Assembly (NCBI RefSeq): GCF_036321535.1
Contig: NC_087436.1
Span: forward strand, 1,612,001 to 1,676,000
Source: Camelus dromedarius
Taxonomy: Eukaryota
Reading direction: 5' to 3'
Length of the DNA stretch: 64,000 nucleotides
Shown: positions 11,441 through 24,500 of the stretch, in pieces
Layout: each line of letters begins with the position of its first letter
Numbering within the stretch: the stretch's first letter is position 1
The notes under the pieces: generated by a model
Database searches by the model: none
Told to the model about the DNA's origin: nothing
What the model saw: the letters and a program-made list of their open reading frames with translations, nothing else
Translations under genes and position numbers: made by a program

Positions 11441-14400
11441 ATGTGGAGAGACGTTCGTTCATCTAGCACAAAGGGAACGGGTTGCAGGTGAAAATTTTAC
11501 TCTGGTTACTCAGACTGTTTCCTACTGCCGGTTTGAAGTTCCTGCAGTTTTCACTGTAAAACCGAGTTGGAGCTAGTACCTCCCCATATATATGTATGGA
11601 GTGTAGTTTGCAAGTGAAAAGAAACATTGTGATCCCAACAAGCTATGTGAAGTACGGCTTTCACACACAATTATCTCTCTGAACAGAGCATGTGGAGAGA
11701 CGTTTGTTCATCTAGCACAAAGGGAACGGGTTGCAGGAGAAACTTTTAATCTGGTTTCTTAGTCTGTTTCCTAGTACCTTTTTGAAGTTCCTGCAGTTTT
11801 CACTTTAAAACAGATTTGGAGCTTGTACCTCCCCATATATATGTATGGAGTGGAGTTTGCAACTGAAAAGAAACTTTGTGCTCCCAACAAGCTAGGTGAA
11901 GGACGGCTTTCAAACACACTTATCTCTCAGAACTGAGCATGTGGAGAGACTTTCGTTCATCTAGCACAAAGGAACGGGTTGCAGTAGAAACTTTTACTCT
12001 GGTTTCTCAGTCTGTTTCCTAGTGCCGGTTTGAAGTTCCTGCAGTTTTCACTGTAAAAGCGAGTTGGAGCTCGTACCTCCCCATATATATGTATGGAGTG
12101 GAGTTTGAAAGTGAAAAGAAACTATGTGTTCCCAACAAGCTAGGTGAAGGATGGCTTTCAAACACACTTATCTCTGAGAATTGAGCATGTGGAGAGACCT
12201 TCGTTCATCTAGCACAAAGGGAATTGTTTGAAGGAGAAACTTTTACTCTGGTTTCTCTGTCTGTTTCCTACTGCCGGTTTGAAGTTCCTGCAGTTTTCAC
12301 TGTAAAACTGAGTTGAAGCTAGAACCTAACCATATATATGTATGGAGTGGAGTTTGCAACTGAAAAGAAACTTTGTGTTCACAACAAGCTAGGTGAAGGA
12401 CGGCTTTCACACACACTTATCTCTCAGAACTGAGCATGTGGAGAGACGTTCGTTCATCTAGCACAAAGGGAACGAGTTGCAGGTGAAAATTTTACTCTGG
12501 TTTCTCAGACTGTTTCCTACTGCCGGTTTGAAGTTCCTGCAGTTTTCACTGTAAAACCGAGTTGGAGCTAGTACCTCCCCATATATATGTATGGAGTGGG
12601 GTTTGCAACTGAAAAGAATCTTTGTTTTCCCAACAAGATAGCTGAAGTCGGCGTTCACACACACTTATCTCTCAGAACAGAGCAAGTGGAGAGACGTTTG
12701 TTCATCTAGCACAAAGGGAACGTGTTGCAGGAGAATCTTTTACTCTAGTTTCTTAGTCGGTTTCCTAGTACCGGTTTGAAGTTACTACAGATTTCACTGT
12801 AAAAACGAGTTGGAGCTAGTACCTCCCCATATATATGTATGGATTATAGTTTGCAACTGAAAAGAAACTTTGTGTTCCCAACAAGCTAGTTGAAGGACGG
12901 CTTTCTCACACACTTATCTCTCAGAACTGAGCATGTGGAGAGACGTTCGTTCATCTAGCACAAAGGGAACGGGTTGCAGGAGAAACTTTTACTCTGGTTT
13001 CTCAGTCAGTTCCCTACTGCCGGTTTGAAGTTCCTGCAGTTTTCACTGTAAAACCAAGTTGGTGCTAGTACCTCCCCATATATATGTAAGGAGTGGAGTT
13101 TGCAACTGAAAAGAAACTTTGTGTTCCCAACAAGCTAGGTGAAGGCGGCTTTCACACACACTTATCTCTCAGAACTGAGCATGTGGAGAGACGTTCGTTC
13201 ATCTAGCACAATGGGAACATGTTGCAGGAGAAACTTTTACTCTGTTTTCTCAGTCTGTTTCCTAGTACCGGTTTGAAGTTCCTGCAGTTTTCACTTTAAA
13301 ACAGATTTGGAGCTAGTACCTCCCCATATATATGTATGGAGTGGAATTTGCAACTGAAAAGAATCTTTGTGTTAAGTACAAGCTAGGTTAAGGACGGCTT
13401 TCACACACACTTATCTCTCAGAACTGAGCATATGGAGAGACGTTCGTTCATCTAGCACAAAGGGAACGGGTTGCAGGTGAAAATTTTACTCTGGTTACTC
13501 AGACTGTTTCCTACTGCCGGTTTGAAGTTCCTGCAGTTTTCACTGTAAAAGCGAGTTGGAGCTCGTACCTCCCCATATATATGTATGGAGTGGAGTTTGA
13601 AAGTGAAAAGAAACTTTGTGTTCCCAACAAGCTAGGTGAAGGATGGCTTTCAAACACACTTATCTCTGAGAACTGAGCATGTGGAGAGACGTTCGTTCAT
13701 CTAGCACAAAGGGAATTGTTTGAAGGAGAAACTTTTACTCTGATTTCTCTGTCTGTTTCCTACTGCCGGTTTGAAGTTCCTGCAGTTTTCACTGTAAAAC
13801 TGAGTTGAAGCTAGAACCTAACCATATATATGTATGGAGTGGAGTTTGCAACTGAAAAGAAACTTTGTGTTCCCAACAAGCTAGGTGTAGGACGGCTTTC
13901 ACACACACTTATCTCTCAGAACTGAGCATGTGGAGAGACGTTCGTTCATCTAGCACAAAGGGAACGGGTTGCAGGTGAAAATTTTACTCTGGTTTCTCAG
14001 ACTGTTTCCTACTGCCGGTTTGAAGTTCCTGCAGTTTTCACTGTAAAACCGATTTGGGGCTAGTACCTCCCCATATATATGTATGGAGTGGGGTTTGCAA
14101 CTGAAAAGAATCTTTGTTTTCCCAACAAGATAGCTGAAGTCGGCGTTCACACACACTTATCTCTCAGAACAGAGCAAGTGGAGAGACGTTTGTTCATCTA
14201 GCACAAAGGGAACGTGTTGCAGGAGAAACTTTTACTCTAGTTTCTTAGTCGGTTTCCTAGTACCGGTTTGAAGTTACTACAGATTTCACTGTAAAAACGA
14301 GTTGGGGCTAGTACCTCCCCATATATATGTATGGATTATAGTTTGCAACTGAAAAGAAACTTTGTGTTCCCAACAAGCTAGTTGAAGGACGGATTTCACA

Positions 14401-17400
14401 CACACTTATCTCTCAGAACTGAGCATGTGGAGAGACTTTCGTTCATCTAGCACAAAGGGAATGGTTTGCAGGTGAAAATTTTACTATGGTTTCTCAGTCT
14501 TTTTCCTAGTGCCGGTTTGAACTTCCTGCAGTTTTCACTGTAAAACAGATTTGGAGCTAGTACATCCCCATATATATATATTGAATGGAATTTGCATCTG
14601 AAAAGAATCTTTGTGTTCAGTACAAGCTAGGTTAAGGACGGCTTTCACACACGCTTATCTCTCAGAACTGAGCATGTGGAGAGACTTTCGTTCATCTAGC
14701 ACAAAGGGAACGGGTTGCAGGAGAAACTTTTACTCTGGTTTCTCAGTCTGTTTCCTAGTGCCGGTTTGAGGTTCTTGCAGGTTTCACTGTAAAACCGAGT
14801 TTGAGCTAGTACCTCCCCATATATATGTATGGAGTGGGGTTTGCAACTGAAAAGAATCTTTGTGTTCCCAACAAGATAGCTGAAGGCGGCTTTGACACAC
14901 ACTTATCTCTCAGAACAGAGCATGTGGAGAGACGTTTGTTCATCTAGCACAAAGGGAACGGGTTGCAGGAGAAACTTTTACTCTGGTTTCTTAGTCTGTT
15001 TCCTAGTACCGGTTTGAAGTTACTACAGATTTCACTGTAAAAACGAGTTGGTGCTAGTACCTCCCCATATATATGTATGGATTGGAGTTTGCAACTGAAA
15101 AGAAACTTTGTGTTCCCAACAAGCTAGGTTAAGGACGGATTTCACACACACTTATCTCTCAGAACTGAGCATGTGGAGAGACGTTCGTTCATCTAGCACA
15201 AAGGAATGGGTTGCAGGAGAAAATTTTACTCTGGTTTCTCATTCTGTTTCCTAGTGCCGGGTTGAAATTCCTGCAGTTTTCACTGTAAAACAGATTTGGA
15301 GCTAGTACCTCCCCATATATATGTATTGATTGAAATTTGCATCTGAAAAGAATCTTTGTGTTCAGTACAAGCTAGGTTAAGGAAGGCTTTCACACACACT
15401 TATCTCTCAGAACTGAGCATGTGGAGAGACGTTCGTTCATCTACCACAGAGGGAACGGGTTGCAGGAGAAACTTTTACTCTGGTTTCTCAGTCTGTTTCC
15501 TACTGCCGGTTTGAAGTTCCTGCACTTTTCACTGTAAAACCAAGTTGGTGCTAGTACCTCCCCATATATATGTATGGAGTGGAGTTTGCAACTGAAAAGA
15601 AACTTTGTGTTCCCAACAAGCTAGGTGAAGGCGGCTTTCACACACACTTATCTCTCAGAACTGAGCATGTGGAGAGACGTTCGTTCATCTAGCACAATGG
15701 GAACATGTTGCAGGAGAAACTTTTACTCTGTATTCTCAGTCTGTTTCCTAGTACCGGTTTGAAGTTCCTGCAGTTTTCACTTTAAAACAGATTTGGAGCT
15801 AGTACCTCCCCATATATATGTATGGAGTGGAATTTGCAACTGAAAAGAATCTTTGTGTTAAGTACAAGCTAGGTTAAGGACGGCTTTCACACACACTTAT
15901 CTCTCAGAACTGAGCATGTGGAGAGACGTTCGTTCATCTAGCACAAAGGGAACGGGTTGCACGTGAAAATTTTACTCTGGTTACTCAGACTGTTTCCTAC
16001 TGCCGGTTTGAAGTTACTGCAGTTTTCACTGTAAAACCGAGTTGGAGCTAGTACCTCCCCATATATATGTATGGAGTGTAGTTTGCAAGTGAAAAGAAAC
16101 ATTGTGATCCCAACAAGCTATGTGAAGTACGGCTTTCACACACAATTATCTCTCAAAACAGAGCATGTGGAGAGACGTTTGTTCATCTAGCACAAAGGGA
16201 ACGGGTTGCAGGAGAAACTTTTACTCTGGTTTCTTAGTCTGTTTCCTAGTACCTTTTTGAAGTTACTGCAGATTTCACTGTAAAAACGAGTTGGAGCTAG
16301 TACCTCCCCATATATATGTATTGATTGGAGTTTGCAAATGAAAAGAATCTTTGTGTTCCCAACAAGCTAGGTGAAGTACGGATTTCACACAAACTTATCT
16401 CTCAGAACTGAGCATGTGGAGAGACTTTCGTTCATCTAGCTCAAAGGAACGGGTTGCAGTAGAAACTTTTACTCTGGTTTCTCAGTCTGTTTCCTAGTGC
16501 CGGTTTGAAGTTCCTGCAGTTTTCACTGTAAAAGCGAGTTGGAGCTCGTACCTCCCCATATATATGTATGGAGTGGAGTTTGAAAGTGAAAAGAAACTTT
16601 GTGTTCCCAACAAGCTAGGTGAAGGATGGCTTTCAAACACACTTATCTCTGAGAACTGAGCATGTGGAGAGACGTTCGTTCATCTAGCACAAAGGGAATT
16701 GTTTGAAGGAGAAACTTTTACTCTGGTTTCTCTGTCTGTTTCCTACTGCCGGTTTGAAATTCCTGCAGTTTTCACTGTAAAACAGATTTGGAGCTAGTAC
16801 CTCCCCATATATATATATTGAATGGTATTTGCATCTGAAAAGAATCTTTGTGTTCAGTACAAGCTAGGTTAAAGACGGCTTTCACACACGCTTATCTCTC
16901 AGAACTGAGCATGTGGAGAGACTTTCGTTCATCTAGCACAAAGGGAACGGGTTGCAGGAGAAACTTTTACTCTGGTTTCTCAGTCTGTTTCCTACTGCCG
17001 GTTTGAAGTTCCTGCAGTTTTCAATGTAAAACCGAGTTGGAGCTCGTACCTCCCCATATATATGTATGGAGTGGAGTTTGCAAGTGAAAACAAACATTGT
17101 GATCCCAACAAGCTATGTGAAGTACGGCTTTCACACACACTTATCTCTCAGAACTGAGCATGTGGAGAGACGTTCGTTCATCTAGCACAAAGGGAAAGGT
17201 TTGCAGGAGAAACTTTTACTCAGGTTTCTCAGTCTGTTTCCTAGTGCCGGTTTGAGGTTCTTGCAGGTTTCACTGTAAAACCGAGTTTGAGCTAGTACCT
17301 ACCCATATATATGTATGGAGTGGGGTTTGCAACTGAAAAGAATCTTTGTGTTCCCAACAAGCTAGCTGAAGGCGGCTTTGACACACACTTATCTCTCAGA

Positions 17401-18500
17401 ACAGAGCATGTGGAGAGACGTTTGTTCATCTAGCACAAAAGGAACGGGTTGCAGGAGAAACTTTTACTCTGGTTTCTTAGTCTGTTTCCTAGTACCGGTT
17501 TGAAGTTACTACAGATTTCACTGTAAAAACGAGTTGGAGCTAGTACCTCCCCATATATATGTATGGATTGGAGTTTGCAACTGAAAAGAAACTTTGTGTT
17601 CCCAACAAGCTAGGTGAAGGACGGATTTCACACACACTTATCTCTCAGAACTGAGCATGTAGAGAGACGTTCGTTCATCTAGCACAAAGGGAATGGGTTG
17701 CAGGAGAAAATTTTACTCTGGTTTCTCATTCTGTTTCCTAGTGCCGGGTTGAACTTCCTGCAGTTTTCACTGTAAAACAGATTTGGAGATAGTACCTCCC
17801 CATATATATGTATTGATTGGAATTTGCATCTGAAAAGAATCTTTGTGTTCAGTACAAGTTAGGTTAAGGAAGGCTTTCACACACACTTATCTCTCAGAAC
17901 TGAGCATGTGGAGAGAATTTCGTTCATCTAGCACAAAGGGAACAGGTTGCAGGAGAAACATTTACTCTGGTTTCTCAGTCTGTTTCCTACTGACGGTTTG
18001 AAGTTCCTGCAGTTTTCACTGTAAAACCGAGTTGGAGCTCGTACCACCCCATATATATGTATGGAGTTGAGTTTGAAAGTGAAAAGAAACTTTGTGTTCC
18101 CAACAAGCTAGGTGAAGGATGGCTTTCAAACACACTTATCTCTGAGAAATCAGCATGTGGAGAGACGTTCGTTGATTTAGCACAAAGGGAACTGGTTGAA
18201 GGAAACTTTTACTCTGGTTTCTCTGTCTGTTTCCTACTGCCGGTTTGAAGTTCCTGCAGTTTTTACTGTAAAACTGAGTTGAAGCTAGAACCTCCCCATA
18301 TATATGTATGGAGTGGAGTTGCAACTGAAAAGAAACTTTGTGTTCCCAACAAGCTAGGTGAAGGACGGCTTTCACACACACTTATCTCTCAGAACTGAGC
18401 ATGTGGAGAGACTTTCGTTCATCTAGCACAAAGGGAACGGGTTGCAATTGAAAATTTTTCTCTGGTTTCTCAGACTGTTTCCTACTGCCGGTTTGAAGTT
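3590..18500. repeat. Large tandem duplication, copy 1 (60 monomers, 14,911 bp)
   Basis: Diagnostic variants and ORF-track entries recur at +14,911 (4008/18919, 4513/19424, 8900/23811, 10259/25170, 12458/27369, 13950/28861). The last mismatch before shared identity is 3575 vs 18486; the first shared diagnostic is CAGAGTTATA at 3611/18522. Confidence 0.93.
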
Positions 18501-21500
18501 CCTGCAGTTTTCACTGTAAAACAGAGTTATAGCTAGTACCTCCCCATATATATGTATGGATTGGAGTTTGCAACTGAAAGAAACTTTGTGATCCGAACAA
18601 GCTAGGTGTAGGACGGCTTTCACACACACTTATCTGTCAGAACTGAGCATGTGGAGAGACGTTCGTTCATCTAGCACAAAGGGAACGGGTTGCAGGAGAA
18701 ACTTTAACTCTGGTTTCTCATTCTGTTCCCTAGTGCCGGTTTGAACTTCCTTCAGGTTTACCTGTAAATCATATTTGGAACTGTACCTACGCATATATAT
18801 GTATGGAGTGGAATTTGCAACTGAAAATAAACTTTGTGTTCAGTACAAGCTAGTTTAAGGGAGGCAATCACACACACAAATCTCTCAGAACTGAGCATGT
18901 GGAGAGACTTTCGTTCATCTAGCACAAAGGGAAAGGGTTGCAGGAAAAACTTTTACTGTGGTATCTCAGTGTGTTTCCTACTGCCGGTTTGAAGTTCCTG
19001 CAGATTTCACTGTAAAACCGAGTTGGGGCTCGTACCTCCCCATATATATGTATGGAGTGGAGTTTGAAACTGAAAAGAAACTTTGTGTTCCCAACAAGCT
19101 GGGTGAAGGCGGCTTTCACACACACTTATCTCTCAGAACTGAGCATGTGGAGAGACTTTGGTTCATCTAGCACAAAGGGAAAGGGTTGCAGGAGAAACTT
19201 TTACTGTGGTATCTCAGTGTGTTTCCTACTGCCGGTTTGAAGTTCCTGCAGATTTCACTGTAAAACCGAGTTGGAGCTAGTACCTACCCATATATATGTA
19301 TGGAGTGGAGTTTGCAAATGAAAAGAAACTTTGTGTTCCCAACAAGCTAGGTGAAGGCGGCTTTCACACACACTTATATCTCAGAACTGAGCATGTGGAG
19401 AGACGTTCGTTCATCTAGCACAAATGGAACGTGTTGCAAGAGAAACTTTTACTTTGGTTTCTCAGTCTGTTTCCTATTACCGGTTTGAATTTCCTGCAGT
19501 TTTCACTGTAAAACAGATTTCTAGCTTGTACCACCCCATATATATTTATGGAGTGGATTTTGCAACTGAAAAGAAACTTTGTGTTCAGTACAAGCCAGGT
19601 GAAGGACGGCTTTCACACACAATTATCTTTCAGAACTTAGCATGTGGAGAGACGTTCATTCATCTAGCAGAAAGGGAAAGGGTTGCAGGAGAAACTTTTA
19701 CTCTGGTTTCTCAGTCTGTTTCCTACTGCCGGTTTGAAGTTCCTGCAGTTTTCACTGTAAAAGAGATTTGAAGTTAGAACCTCCCCATATATATGTATGG
19801 AGTGGAGTTTGCAACTGAAAAGAAACTTTGTGTTCCCAACTAGCTATGTGAAGAACGGCTTTCACACACACTTATCTCTCAGAACTGAGCATGTGGAGAG
19901 ACGTTCGTTCATCTAGCACAAAGGGAACGGGTTGCAGGGGAAACTTTTACTCTGGTTTTTCAGGCTGTTTCCTAGTGCCGGTTTGAAGTTCCTGCAGTTT
20001 TCACTGTAAAAGCGAGTTGGAGTTAGTAACTCCCCATATATATGTATGGATTGGACTTTGCAACTGAAAAGAATCTTTGTGTTCCCAACAAGCTAGTTGA
20101 AGGACGGCTTTCACACACACTTATCTCTCAGAACTGAGCATGTGGAGAGACGATCGATCATCTAGCACAAATGGAACGGATTGCAGGATAAACTTTTACT
20201 CTGGTTTCTCAGTCTGTTTCCTACTGCCTGTTTGAATTTCCTGCAGTTTTCACTGTAAAACCGAGTTGGAGCTAGTACCTACCCATATATATGTATGGAG
20301 TGGAGTTTGCAACTGAAAAGAGACTTTGTGTTCCCAACAAGCTAGTTGAAGGACGGCTTTCACACACACTTATCTCTCACAACTGAGCATGTGGAGATAC
20401 GTTCGTTCATCTAGCACAAAGGGAAAGGGTTGCAGGAGTAACTTTTACTCTGGTTTCTCAGTCTGGTTCCTACTGCCGGTTTGAAGTTCTTGCAGTTTTC
20501 ACTGTAAAACCGAGTTGGAGCTAGTACCTCCCCATATATATGTATGGAGTGGAATTTGCAACTGAAAAGAAACTTTGTGTTCAGTACAAGCTAGGTGAAG
20601 GACGGCTTTCACACACACTTATCTCTCAGATTTGAGCATGTGGAGAGACGTTCGTTCATCTAGCACAAATGGAATGGGTTGCAGCTGAAACTTTTACTCA
20701 GGATTCTCAGTCTGTTTCCTAGTGCCGGTTTGATGTTCCTGCATTTTTCACTGTAAAACAGAGTTGGAGCTATTACCTCCCCATATATATGTATGGAGTG
20801 GAGTTTGCAACTGAAAAGATACTTTGTGTTCAGAAAAATCTAGGTGAAGTAAGGCATTCACACGCATTTATCTCTGAGAACTGAGCATGTGGAGAGACGT
20901 ACGTTCATCTAGCACAAAGGGAAAGGGTTGGAGGTGAAACTTTTTCTCTGATTTCTCAGTCTGTTTCCTAGTGCCGGTTTGAAGTTCTAGCAGTTTTCAC
21001 TGTAAATCCGAGTTGGTGATAGTACCTCCCCATATATATGTATGGAGTGGAGTTTGCAACTGAAAAGAAACTTTGTATTCCCAACAAGCTAGGTGAAGGA
21101 CGGATTTCACACACAATTATCTCTCAGAACTGAGCATGTGGAGTGACGTTCGTTCATCTAGCACAAAGGGAAATGTTTGCAGGAGAAACTTTTACTCTGG
21201 TTTCTCAGTCTGTTTCCTACTGCCGGTTTGAAGTTCCTGCAGTTTTCACTGTAAAACCGATTTGGAGCTAGTACCTCCCCATATATATGTATGGAGTGGA
21301 GTTTTCAAGTGAAAAGAAACATTGTGTTCCCAACAAGCTAAGGGAAGGACGGCTTTCACACACAATTATCTCTCAGAACTGAGCATGTGGAGAGACGTTC
21401 GTTCATCTAGCACAAAGGGAAAGGGTTACAGGAGAAACTTTTACTCTGGTTTCTCAGTCTGTTTCCTAGTGCCTGTTTGAATTTCCAGCAGTTTTTAGGG

Positions 21501-24500
21501 TAAAACCGAGTTGGAGCATGTATTTCCCCATATATATGTATGGTGTGGAGTTAGCAAGTGAAAAGTAACTTTGTGTTCCCAAAAAGCTAGGTGAAGGACG
21601 GCTTTCACTCACACTTATCTCTCAGAACTGAGCATGTGGAGAGACGTTCGTTCATCTAGCACAAAGGGAACGTGTTGCAGGAGAAACTTTTAGTCTGGTA
21701 TTTCAGTTGTTTCCTAGTGCCGGTTTGAAGTTCCTGCAGTTTTCACTGTAAAACCGAGTTGGAGCTAGTACCTCCCCATATATATATATGGATTGGAGAT
21801 TGCATCTGAAAAGAAACTTTGTGTTCAGAACAAGCTAGGTGAAGGGCGGCATTCACACACACTTATCTCTCAGAACTGAGCATGTGGAGAGACTTTCGTA
21901 CATCTAGCACAAAAGGAACGGGTTGCAGGAGTAACTTTTACTCTGGTTTCTCAGTCTGTTTCCTAGTGCCGGTTTGAAGTTCCAGCAGTTTTCACTGTAA
22001 AACAGAGTTGGTGCTAGTACCTCCCCATATATATGTATGGAGTGGAGTTTGCAACTGAAAAGAAACTTTGTGTTCCCAACAAGCTAGTTTAAGGACGGCT
22101 TTCACACACACTTATATCTGAGAACTGAGCATGTGTAGAGATGTTCGTTCATCTAGCAAAAATGGAACGGTTTGCAGGAGAAACTTTTACTCTGGTATCT
22201 CAGTCTGTTTCCTAGTGCCGGTTTGAAGTTATTGCATTTTTTAGTGTAAAACCGATTTTGAGCTAGTACCTCCCCATAAATATATATGGATTGGGGTTTG
22301 CAAGTGAAAAGAAACTTTGTCTTCCCAACAAGCTAAGTGAAGGACGGCTTTCACACACACTTATCTGTCAGAACTGAGCATGTGGAGAGACGTTCGTTCA
22401 TCTACCACAATAGGAACGATTTGCAGAAGAAAGTTTTACTGTGGTTTCTCAGTCTATTTCCTAGTGCTGGTTTGAAGTTCCTACAGTTTTCACTGTAAAA
22501 GCGAGTTGGAGCTAGTACCTACCCATATATATGTATGGATTGGAGTTTGCAACTGAAAAGGATCTTTGTGTTCCCAACCAGCTAGGTGAAGGAAGGATTT
22601 CACACACACTTATCTCTCAGAACTGAGCATGTGGAGAGACGTTCGTTCATCTAGCACAAAGGGAAAGGGTTGCACGAGAAAATTTACTCTGGTTTCTCAG
22701 TCTGTTTCCTACTGCCGATTTTAACTTCCTGCACTTTTCACTGTAAAACAGAGTTGGAGCTCGTACCTACCCATATATATGTATGGTGTGGAGTTTGCAA
22801 GTGAAAAGAAACTTTGTGTTCCCAACAAGCTAGGTGAAGGATGGCTTTCACACACACTTATCTCTCAGATCTGAGCATGTGGAGAGACGTTCGTTCATCT
22901 AGCACAAAGGGAATGGGTTGCAAGAGAAACATTTACTCTGGTTTCTCAGTCTGTTTCCTACTGCCTGTTTGAAGTTCCTGCAGTTTTCACTGTAAAACAG
23001 AGTTGGAGCTGGTACCTCCCCATATATATGTATGGATTGGAGTTTGCAACTGAAAAGAAACTTTGTGTTCCCAGCAAGCTAGGTGAAGGACGGCTTTCAC
23101 ACACACTTATCCCTCAGAACTGAGCATGTGGAGAGACGTTCGTTCATCTAGCACAAAGGGAACTGGTTGCAGGTGAAAATTTTACTCTGGTTTCTCAGAC
23201 TGTTTCCTACTGCCGGTTTGAAGTTCCTGCAGTTTTCACTGTAAAACCGAGTTGGAGCTAGTACCTCCCCATATATATGTATGGATTGGAGTTCTCAACT
23301 GAAAAGACTTTGTGTTCCCAACAAGCTAGTTGAAGGATGGCTTTCACACACATTAATCTCTCAGAACTGAGCTTGTGGAGAGACGTTCGTTCATCTAGCA
23401 CAAAAGGAACGGTTTGCAGGAGAAAATTTTACTCTGGTTTCTCAGTCTGTCTCCTAGTGCCGGTTTGAAGTTCCTGCAGGTTTCACTGTAAAACCGAGTT
23501 GGAGCTAGTACCTCCCCATATATATGTATGGATTGGGGTTTGCAACAGAAAAGAAACATTGTGTTCCCAACAAGCTAGTTGAAGGCGGCTTTCACACACA
23601 CTTATCTCTCAGAACTGAGCATGTGGAGAGACGTTCGTTCATCTAGCACAAAGGGAACGGGTTGCAGGAGAAACTTTTACTGTGGTTTCTCAGTCTGTTT
23701 CCTAGTGCCGGTTTGAACTTCCTGCAGTTTTACCTGTAAAACAGATTTGGAGCTGTCCTTCCCCATATATATGTATGGAGTGGAATTTGCAACTGAAAAG
23801 AAACTTTGTGTTAAGTACAAGCTAGTTGAAGGACGGCTATCACACACACAAATCTCTCAGAACTGAGCATGTGGAGAGACTTTCGTTCATCTAGCACAAA
23901 GGGAACGGGTTGTAGGAGAAACTTATACTCTGGTATCTCAGTGTGTTTCCTACTGCCGGTTTGAGTTCCTGCAGTGTTCAATGTAAAACCGAGTTGGAGC
24001 TCGTACCTCCCCATATATATGTATGGAATGGAGTTTGCAAGTGAAAAGATACTTTGTTTTCCCAACAAGCTTGGTGAAAAATGGCTTTCACACTCACCTA
24101 CCTCTCAGAACTGAGCATGAGGATAGACGCTCGTTCATCTAGCACAAAGGGAACGGGTTGCAGGAGAAACTTTTACTCTGGTTTCTCAGTGTGTTTCCTA
24201 CAGCCGGTTTGAAGTTCCTGCAGTTTTCACTGTAAAACAGAGTTATAGCTAGTACCTCCCCATATATATGTATGGATTGGAGTTTGCAACTGAAAGAAAT
24301 TTTGTGATCCCAACAAGCTAGGTGTAGGACGGCTTTCACACACACTTATCTCTCAGAACTGAGCATGTGGAGAGACGTTCGTTCATCTAGCACAAAGGGA
24401 ATGGATTGCAGGTGAAAATCATACTCTTGTTTCTCAGACTGTTTCCTACTGCCGGTTTGAAGTTCCTGCAGTTTTCACTGTAAAACCGAGTTGGAGCTAG

